Notes under the pieces: generated by a model
Told to the model about the DNA's origin: nothing
What the model saw: the letters and a program-made list of their open reading frames with translations, nothing else
Databases searched by the model: none
Made by a program: the position numbers and the translations under genes
NCBI RefSeq assembly: GCF_052425735.1
Contig: NC_135762.1
Location: forward strand, 33,480,001 to 33,544,000
Source: Oculina patagonica
Taxonomy: Eukaryota
Direction of reading: 5' to 3'
Length of the DNA: 64,000 nucleotides
Shown: positions 1-7,345 of the stretch, piece after piece
Layout: every line of letters begins with the position of its first letter
How positions within the stretch are numbered: the first letter of the stretch is position 1

Positions 1-489
1 GATACGATACTTGCTTCCATAAACTTCTGCCAGCTTCTTTTCCGCGTCAACTCCTGAGGTTTTTTTGTCACCAGCGTTTGAACGGATTTTGCATAAATCC
101 TCGGACTGTATACCTTCAAGAAACATGTTGCTGCGCTTTTCTACCGGCAGAAAAAGGTCCTCGAAAAGTTTGTAGACGTCGTAAGCGTTCGTATCCTGCA
201 GAGTATCTCCTGCAAACTTGACCACCATCCTTGAGACAAGCGCCCGGGTGACGTTGTTTACGAGAAAGTTGTTGGCATGGCCGCTCACCGTCAAGTTGAA
301 CACAAGAGCCAGGGAGCCTGGCACGAGAACGACGCCTTCTTCAAGCTTTGGCACAGCAACTCTCAGAATTTCTTCTGGAGACGCTTTATTCGGGTTAAAT
401 GTAACGCGATGTCGCACTCTGTCTGCCTTGAGCGCGTTTGGAGTTTTCTCTTCGAACGTTGGTTGGTGTCTTTCGCTCACGACAGCCAT
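1..489 (-). CDS. Probable major capsid protein (double jelly-roll), N-terminal 163 aa; runs off the left edge and is missing from the ORF track
   Basis: My translation from ATG at 489: MAVVSERHQPTFEEKTPNALKADRVRHRVTFNPNKASPEEILRVAVPKLEEGVVLVPGSLALVFNLTVSGHANNFLVNNVTRALVSRMVVKFAGDTLQDTNAYDVYKLFEDLF..., open to base 1. The beta-strand pattern resembles the first strands of Polinton-like MCPs (pattern recognition only, no search run). Confidence 0.65.
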   Translation of the reverse strand, partial: MAVVSERHQPTFEEKTPNALKADRVRHRVTFNPNKASPEEILRVAVPKLEEGVVLVPGSLALVFNLTVSGHANNFLVNNVTRALVSRMVVKFAGDTLQDTNAYDVYKLFEDLFLPVEKRSNMFLEGIQSEDLCKIRSNAGDKKTSGVDAEKKLAEVYGSKYRI

Positions 490-528
490 TGTATATTTAA
501 ATTAAAAAATGTATTTATTTAATATAAC

Positions 529-1721
529 ATGGCGGCAGAAGGTGGCTTTGGTGACAGAGATCCTCTTTTGGAACATACAGACGACCGTGACGACCGTAAT
601 GACAACGATGACAGCGATACAACAGGCCCATTCCAACCTGGAGGGGCATCAACGCCCGGACCTAGTGAAGGAATACCTGGGAGAAGAACCACAATGAATA
701 GGCCGGACGAAACAACAACGATGTTTCCTGAAATCCCCGACGATAGTGCGACAACAACCTTCACTGCTTCGAGTTATCTTGACAAAGAGTTTCCATCAGC
801 TGACAAATCAAAGATTAAATACAAAATAGATGGAAATGGAAGGCTGCAAGTCGGGTTAATTAAACCAGGTAAGCCTTATTATAATTTAACAACCAAAATT
901 CAAGGCAAGGAAGAATACCAGATAAATATAAGACTTCCCAAAGAAGTTTTAAAAGCCCTTGGTCCAAGTCGTCGATTAACTCTTGAAAATGAAATAAGAG
1001 GTCTTTCAGAAGGCATCAATAACAACAAAAAAACAGCAGAAGATAACAATGAAAGCCCGGAGGAAAGAAAAAAGCTAAAGAAAGAGCAAAACTACAAATT
1101 GAAAGGCGCACTGATCTACAGAAAGAATTAGATCGGTTGAAAAAAGTAGAGTACGAGCCTGTGATTGGGGTAACAATACCTTTACAAGAATTCCAGCAAC
1201 ACGAAACAGAAAGGCAAGAAAAGGAAGAGGAAATACAACAAGAGAGACAAGAACAAGAAAATATTGCAAACGACGAAAACAGGCCACAAGCGGAAAGACA
1301 ACAAGCTCGCGAAAGAGTTGATAACTTGAATCAAGAAATTAATGAAATAGAAAATGAAAGAGAAGAAGAGATCGAAAGATTGTCTTTAACAGACAAATTA
1401 AGAGAAAAGGTAAAAGCGATTTTCAAAAAATATGGCTTCACCGTCACAGCAGTTTTGCTTGCCGTTGGCACGACTATTGGCGTAATTCTGAGTTCTCTCT
1501 CAAACGGTTTAAAAGGTTTAGCAAAAGGTGTTGGTGACGGTCTTCAGACACTTGGCAAAAAAATTGCAAGTATTCTGCCGGGCCTCCTTGGCTCGATCGC
1601 CAGTTTTGTGTTTCGAACGGCCGGCCAGGTGATCAGCTTCCTCGGCAAGAATGCTTGGCTTTTGATTGTCGGTGTTGTTATCTTTCTTATCGAGCGAGTT
1701 ACAAAACGAAGCGAGCGCTAA
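529..1721 (+). CDS. Viral coiled-coil protein with C-terminal amphipathic and transmembrane helices (~397 aa), split by a -1 frameshift at 1068-1074
   Basis: ORFs 529-1131 and 1137-1721 join seamlessly (..EERKK/AKERAKLQIERRTDLQKELDRLKKVEYE..) if one A is added to the A6 run. Acidic N-terminus, Q/E coiled coil, hydrophobic C-terminus (FTVTAVLLAVGTTIGVIL...WLLIVGVVIFLI). Confidence 0.7.
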
Positions 1722-1768
1722 GCGCTAGAGGGAAAACCCGAAGGGTTTCCGGTGCCCCTTGGACACCC

Positions 1769-3418
1769 TCAAAGAGCTCGGCTGACTGCAAACGCAACAA
1801 TAACGGCACCAGCAATAAGGTAGGTTTTGTTTTTTTCGTGTGCTGTATCTTCAGTGTCTGGCTTCTGCTTTTCGTCTGTTTTTGTCACAGTACCCGCTGA
1901 AGGCGTATGTGGCGCCGGCTCTTTTTTTGCAGCTTTGTGAATCGGGTTTGAAGGATGACTTGTTGGTCTATTAACTTTTGATGGCCCACCGCTCATACTT
2001 GTTGCGCCCACTTTTTTTGTAGAGGTATTAACATCAAGATTAACCCCTAATTTCATCCCAACAACAGCCTGCTTAAGCTGGTTATTGTAGCCAACAACGC
2101 TTTCTGTGTTTATCACCATACGAGCGGGCATCAGCCAGGCACCTGGGCAGACGGCAAGGTTAAGCTGAACCTTAGCCTCATCGATTGCGAGTTGGTATCT
2201 TTGGACCGACTTTGCCAGATCAGGTTGCCTTATAGCGTCTTCAACCAACACGAGGAACTCACTTTGAGCCTCCTTTGCGCGGCCGCCTGTGCCAAGTATG
2301 CTACTTCGAACGTTCACCTGCGAACCGAGAATACAGTAAACAAAAGCCTCTATCGACTGGTTTACTCTCGACAAACCTGCCTGAGTCAGCCCTTCCGTGC
2401 CTTTTGGACAAAACCAGTCTGCCTGTGCATATGCAGCGTCGTCTGGCTCGATGTATTGAATCAAGTTACCTTTGCTTGCAGTTCCACCTTCATCCGAAAA
2501 TTTATCGTAATCGGGGTATTTTGCCCCAGAATTTTTCGGACCAATATTTGAGATCCAGATATAAACGTCACCCAGTCCGTGGTTCGCGCCTCTTGTGAAA
2601 CGAAAATCGCTTGACGGGTCGACACCGAACTCAGCGCATATTCTTTTGTAAGAAGCCACGTCGTACTTGTTGTCAAACTGGCTAAACGTTGGGTCGCCAG
2701 GCAAGGCGCTTACGCTCTGAATCCCCCCCATCTGAAACAATATTCGCCTTATCGTGAAATAAACGTGAAAAAGGTAAAAATTTCGCACAATCGGTGGCAA
2801 GCTAAGAGATGAGTGTTCTTCATCGAAAATTTCTCGGCTTACCCCACTGCCTGTTGTCGCACACCAAACAGCAAAGTTAAGTTGCTGAGGCCAGTAGCCC
2901 ATATTTTGGCTAGCAAGCCACCTTTTTGACTCTTTTCCTGATGTATGCTTCAGTTTTGTTTTTTGAAAAATCTCTCTTAATTTCGTTGTGAAATATTGGT
3001 CTGGTGTGACGTAGATGTTGATTTGGCTGTTAAATATTTTTTTCAAACTCGGTGCGGCTTCGTGAAATCCAACCGCGGGAATTGGCAAAGATGAGCCTTT
3101 TGCGCCGCTTGGTGACAGCTGTTGTGGAAAACCGCCTGAAATTTGATTCACCCCCAGTGCTTTTTTCATCTCTGGGCTCCAATATTTGCTGTCAGAGCCA
3201 AAAACATTTATCAAATGGCCTTGCCCTGCCTTGTAATAAATGTCTGCCGTTGCTGTGTGGTTGTACGCGAACTCAACCTGTGCAACAAATTTTGTTCGGT
3301 CAGCGTTTGGATATTTTGCAAGAAAAGGTTTCCATGCATTGTCTTTTGCCGCTTCAGAAATTTTAGTTGCTTCTGGGGTTTTCATCCACTTCATAAAATC
3401 TCTTGTTTTCGCATCCAT
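1769..3418 (-). CDS. Viral protein of unknown function, 549 aa, C-terminal membrane anchor
   Basis: Long intronless ORF with motifs WPQQLNFAVWCATTG and FHVYFTIRRIL; tail YLIAGAVIVAFAVSRAL. Confidence 0.8.
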   Translation of the reverse strand: MDAKTRDFMKWMKTPEATKISEAAKDNAWKPFLAKYPNADRTKFVAQVEFAYNHTATADIYYKAGQGHLINVFGSDSKYWSPEMKKALGVNQISGGFPQQLSPSGAKGSSLPIPAVGFHEAAPSLKKIFNSQINIYVTPDQYFTTKLREIFQKTKLKHTSGKESKRWLASQNMGYWPQQLNFAVWCATTGSGVSREIFDEEHSSLSLPPIVRNFYLFHVYFTIRRILFQMGGIQSVSALPGDPTFSQFDNKYDVASYKRICAEFGVDPSSDFRFTRGANHGLGDVYIWISNIGPKNSGAKYPDYDKFSDEGGTASKGNLIQYIEPDDAAYAQADWFCPKGTEGLTQAGLSRVNQSIEAFVYCILGSQVNVRSSILGTGGRAKEAQSEFLVLVEDAIRQPDLAKSVQRYQLAIDEAKVQLNLAVCPGAWLMPARMVINTESVVGYNNQLKQAVVGMKLGVNLDVNTSTKKVGATSMSGGPSKVNRPTSHPSNPIHKAAKKEPAPHTPSAGTVTKTDEKQKPDTEDTAHEKNKTYLIAGAVIVAFAVSRAL

Positions 3419-3464
3419 GGTCCTCTTTTATATTAAACATTTTTTATTTTTATTTAATATAAAG

Positions 3465-4160
3465 ATGGTTGTGCTCACTGTCACCACAACAGAAAATCCT
3501 CACACTGTGAATTTCGATTATCCTATTCCAAAACCGAGCTATATCCGGCTTTTAAGTTGTTCTCTTTACAACAGCTGGAATAGTTTAGAAAAGGATGGAA
3601 TAGTTTTTTATAAACAAGTGAACAAGGAAGAGAAGGCGCGTTATATACGGCAAGGAAACTACTCACTCGATGACATTGGGAGTATTTTTGAAAAAGGATT
3701 TCCAGAGAAAAACATGTTTTCTGTAACAAAAGGCATTGCAGGTCGTTCATTGATAATAAAAGCAAAAGAGCCCAATTTAAAAACTTTTGGACTGAATGGA
3801 AGTCTTATTAAGTTCTTTAATTTGCCTGGGTTTGAGAATTACGCAAGTATTGAAAAGGAATATTTTGAAACAATTGAGGTAAATAATGTTTCAAATCCTA
3901 AAAATTACTTCATCAACTGTGACCTTATCGACAAGCAACAAAGCTTGCTAAATGGTAAGCCATCAAGCCTTTTAGCGTTTTTTGACATACGTGGAAAACC
4001 GTATGAAAAAGTTTATTACCAAAATACACATTTTAACGTCTTGCGCGACGTTTCTGCTGAAGAAAATGTATCATCTCTGACTCTTTCGATTAGAGATGAG
4101 AATGGAAAGCCATTCGATTTTAACGGCTCAAATCTTACATATGAGTTGGAATTGAATTAA
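3465..4160 (+). CDS. Probable minor capsid protein (penton, single jelly-roll), 231 aa
   Basis: True ATG at 3465, after an AT-rich spacer. The C-terminal pattern YFINCDLID..LLNGKPSSLLAFFD...LTLSIRDENGKPFDFNG..LTYELEL is typical of Polinton-type pentons. Confidence 0.72.
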   Translation: MVVLTVTTTENPHTVNFDYPIPKPSYIRLLSCSLYNSWNSLEKDGIVFYKQVNKEEKARYIRQGNYSLDDIGSIFEKGFPEKNMFSVTKGIAGRSLIIKAKEPNLKTFGLNGSLIKFFNLPGFENYASIEKEYFETIEVNNVSNPKNYFINCDLIDKQQSLLNGKPSSLLAFFDIRGKPYEKVYYQNTHFNVLRDVSAEENVSSLTLSIRDENGKPFDFNGSNLTYELELN

Positions 4161-4196
4161 ATTAAATACAAAAATAACTTTTATGTATACGAGACC

Positions 4197-4856
4197 ATGT
4201 CATCTGCTAATGTTCTCCCGAGTGCCCCTGCTTATGGTGATCGCGAAGAAACACAACTTTATCCAAGCCTCCCAACAAATGCCGAGAATTTTCGGCTGAC
4301 TGAAATAAGTAAAATTGAAAAAGAAATATCCGCTGAAGCTGAGCATTACAGGCTTGTGTTAAAAAAATATAAAAAAGTCCGGAAAGTTATTCACTATTCC
4401 GTGGTCTGTCTTGGCGCCGTGACGGCAGCTCTGTCTTCTGGAGCTGTTGCAACTTCACTTACTGGTGTTGGAATTGTTATCGGCGTGCCTGTTGCAGCAG
4501 TAGCAGGTATATCTGGCGCAGCTTCCACTGGCCTGTCAGTTATCAACAAAAAGCTTGAACGTAAAGTTAATAAGCACTCAAGAATCCTCGCTCTGGCTGT
4601 TGCAAAACATGACTCGATAAACAGCTCTGTCTCACAAGCTCTGAATGATAATCTTGTTTCTGACAAAGAGTTTCAACTGATCTTACGAGAAATGCAGAAA
4701 TATCGTCAACTTAAAGAGACTTTACGTTCAAGCTTTGCACACAAACAAACAAATTCACAGCCAGACATCGAAAAAATACGACAAGAGATCATGAAAGCAG
4801 AAAGACAAAAAATGAAAAAAAAACTTCTCGAAAGCACCACCGACATTTCGAAATAA
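4197..4856 (+). CDS. Viral membrane-active protein, 219 aa (helix / Gly-Ala-rich hydrophobic hairpin / helix) with N-terminal PSAP and LYPSL motifs
   Basis: Central hydrophobic segment VVCLGAVTAALSSGAVATSLTGVGIVIGVPVAAVAGISGAASTGL is flanked by basic coiled coils. The layout is like small membrane proteins reported from animal Polinton-like viruses (from memory, unverified). Confidence 0.75.
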   Translation: MSSANVLPSAPAYGDREETQLYPSLPTNAENFRLTEISKIEKEISAEAEHYRLVLKKYKKVRKVIHYSVVCLGAVTAALSSGAVATSLTGVGIVIGVPVAAVAGISGAASTGLSVINKKLERKVNKHSRILALAVAKHDSINSSVSQALNDNLVSDKEFQLILREMQKYRQLKETLRSSFAHKQTNSQPDIEKIRQEIMKAERQKMKKKLLESTTDISK

Positions 4857-5416
4857 AATTTCAGTCCAATAGAACATTTTTTCATTTAATGAAAGAATGA
4901 TTGTCTGCGCTCATCTTGTTGTTTACTTTGTGATGGAAGCATTGTCGTTCGAGTTGCAAAAAAATGTTCGAGACATAACCCGCGATGTTGTTAATTGCCT
5001 GAACGAGGCAAAATAAAATGTTACAGCGCACTTAAAGTCACTTTCAGCCGAGTCGAAAGGATTAAATCTGAGTGTCAAAAAATACAATTAAGTTGAAGCG
5101 AACAGCGAGAAATTGCGTGACCCACAGCGGCATGCAAATTTTTTTTGTGTTTGCGTGCGTGGGCGTACAAAGTCGGGGTATTACCCGAATGATATTTTTA
5201 GACTTTTGTAAGTTGTTTTCATTCCTGTGTGCTTAAAATCTGAGTTCTAAGCACTCAGGAATGTAAAATCTATTGTTTTACACGTGCACAACTATTGTTC
5301 TTTTGATTTAATGCACGTGACGGCCAATTGTGAGTCATTGTCACTAAAAATAGCTTAATGATGTCATTTTCTTTACTCTGTATATAAATCAAGCTAACAC
5401 CTGGATATCATAAAGA

Positions 5417-5569
5417 ATGACGAGCCAAACGCCAACAGAACGTGTTTTACTTCACAATCCTCGAGTTTATCAATTTTTGGAAGAAGTGGCAACACAAACA
5501 GTTACTCCACAAGAGAAACGACAGATAGAATACCAAAGAATCTTTATTGCAAGAAAAAAAAAAGCCTGA
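5417..5569 (+). CDS. Small hypothetical viral ORF (50 aa; may be longer, since it ends just after an A10 run)
   Basis: ATG at 5417 preceded by TATATAAA about 30 bp upstream; MTSQTPTERVLLHNPRVYQFLEEV... Confidence 0.35.
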   Translation: MTSQTPTERVLLHNPRVYQFLEEVATQTVTPQEKRQIEYQRIFIARKKKA

Positions 5570-5644
5570 AAAAGATCAACAACATCGAGGCAGCAATACG
5601 CGGAAAACTTAATTTATGCACTCACCGGAGCGTGCAAGCTTTGT

Positions 5645-5839
5645 TTAGCTTGTTAAAACGTTTGCGACAACACTGCTGTCTAATTTTTTTAATTTTTCAA
5701 TCAGCTCGTCTGTTAAAAAGATTGTTATTTGTTTTTCATTTTCCTTAGTTTTTTTGTATGTTGTAAAAGCTTTTCCACGAGATCTTTTCAAGTTTTTCTT
5801 TACAGACAAGTTAATTTCTCCAGTTCTCCCTCTTCCCAT
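5645..5839 (-). CDS. Small basic viral protein, possible ribbon-helix-helix DNA binder (64 aa)
   Basis: K/R-rich N-terminus followed by KQITIFLTDELIEKLKKL (strand-helix pattern). Confidence 0.35.
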   Translation of the reverse strand: MGRGRTGEINLSVKKNLKRSRGKAFTTYKKTKENEKQITIFLTDELIEKLKKLDSSVVANVLTS

Positions 5840-6030
5840 CTTCGTTTACTCAATAAGAGCATTTGTTCAATAGGAATTGTTTCTGGCACAGCAATTAAAG
5901 GTTGGTTGTAATTTAATACAATGGCGCCATACAACGATTGGTACACTGTCGGGTCCGGCGAATCTGCTTCAGGAAGTTAGGAATGTGAAAGCCACTCACA
6001 TTTTCCTCCTTTCACACAAAAGGGCTGGCC

Positions 6031-6209
6031 TTGCGGGCCCCACACACATGAGAGTTTTGGCATTGCGACCCCCACACACATGAGAGTTACCGGTTGTGGA
6101 CACAACTTGCAAAAAATAGCGAGGCGAGACTGGCGAGCCAGCGAGCCAGGCGAGCCCGAGCGGTTTTTTTTGCAAGTTGTGCCACAACCGGTAACTCTCA
6201 TGTGTGTGG
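6031..6209 (+). repeat. Terminal fold-back hairpin (6072-6209) preceded by a 32-bp-period direct repeat
   Basis: 6072-6116 is the reverse complement of 6166-6209 apart from one bulged A. TTGCG..CCCCACACACATGAGAGTT occurs at 6031-6056 and 6063-6088. Confidence 0.9.
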
Positions 6210-7345
6210 TGTAAATGCTCACGTCAATATAATGATGACCTTTTGAACGCTGGAAACTAGGCAATTATTATCGAGCTACCATACACAGGAGCGAAGACTG
6301 TTTATCATGATGTACAAATTTCGCGAATCATCACTTCCATATCAATGTAACCATTTTATGATTTTTCTAGCTGTAAGAAGAACTTAAGATCTCTGAGAGT
6401 CGTAAAAGCATGAAATTCGATTTCAGTGTATGACAAAGGCCGGGACAGTGTAATACTGCAAAGCGGCCAAACAAACGCATTTTGATTTAGTCGCGTAACT
6501 TGATTTACATTTATCCATGTACATCTTTTATTTTTGAAGGTTTTTGTTTGCACTGTAAAGAAAAAATTGGTCAAAATTCGAAATACAAAATACGAGGTAA
6601 AGTTTTCTATTTTTTAAAACAAAATAAATATTTGGTCGCATTGTGTAAATAAACGCGAGTCGCCGTCGAAATATTTTTTCTCAAAGACGTCTTGCTTTTT
6701 AAGCAAGACGAAAACACAAGTTCTTAACTGAACTGAAAACGAAGATTTATTTTCACAAAAAGCTTACAAATGTCTTAACTGGAAAATTATTACGTCCTGT
6801 TCAAGTGTTGAATAATCGTGACTTGAGAAAGAACTTTTAATTATGCGTGGGAACACGTGTCGCTAATTGGCTGTTTTTAATTGAAACTAATCGTGCGTGT
6901 TCGTACGGAGTCCGTTCTTGCAGCTGATCATTGTTTTCTACATTATAGCGAACGATTATCGATCCCGAACCATTCCCTTGGGATTGCTAACAGCTTTTTT
7001 CATATAACAAAGAGTCTAATGCGCATGCGCAAAGCGCACGCAAGCATTAGACTCAAAAAATTGTTGTTTTAGTTGCACATTGAATCTATGCGTGATTTGT
7101 GTTGATTTGTAGGTAGTCTATATAAAAGCGTTAACGTTGGAAATGATGCCATTTCACGGTGAATAATCGTAGGGTGAAGAACAATGTTTCAAACCGACAG
7201 TTTTCTGTTGTTTGTTATCTGTCAATTTCTTTAGTTCTTCTTTAAAGTGAATGAAGTGGTTAATAGTACTACTGTATGTGCTTCCTGTTCCCAGCTAGTG
7301 AAATGTTCTTGTTTTGAAATTCATTTTCTTTATCGTTCAAAACAG

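Larger units (their letters stand above)
1..6209. mobile_element. Endogenous Polinton/Maverick- or adintovirus-like DNA virus, right-hand part (left end outside window)
   Basis: Tightly packed intronless ORFs on both strands with 36-47 bp spacers, unlike the intron-rich host genes. Penton-like and major-capsid-like proteins are present, and there is a terminal fold-back at 6072-6209. No pPolB, integrase, ATPase or protease lies inside the window. Confidence 0.8.

Noticed and set aside
218-522. Plus-strand ORFs 218-505 and 277-522
   Set aside because: Antisense shadows of the minus-strand capsid-like ORF (489 to <1).
3240-3464. N-terminal 75 aa of the 306-aa ORF
   Set aside because: Overlaps the start of the divergent 549-aa gene and the AT-rich promoter; the real start is probably ATG 3465.
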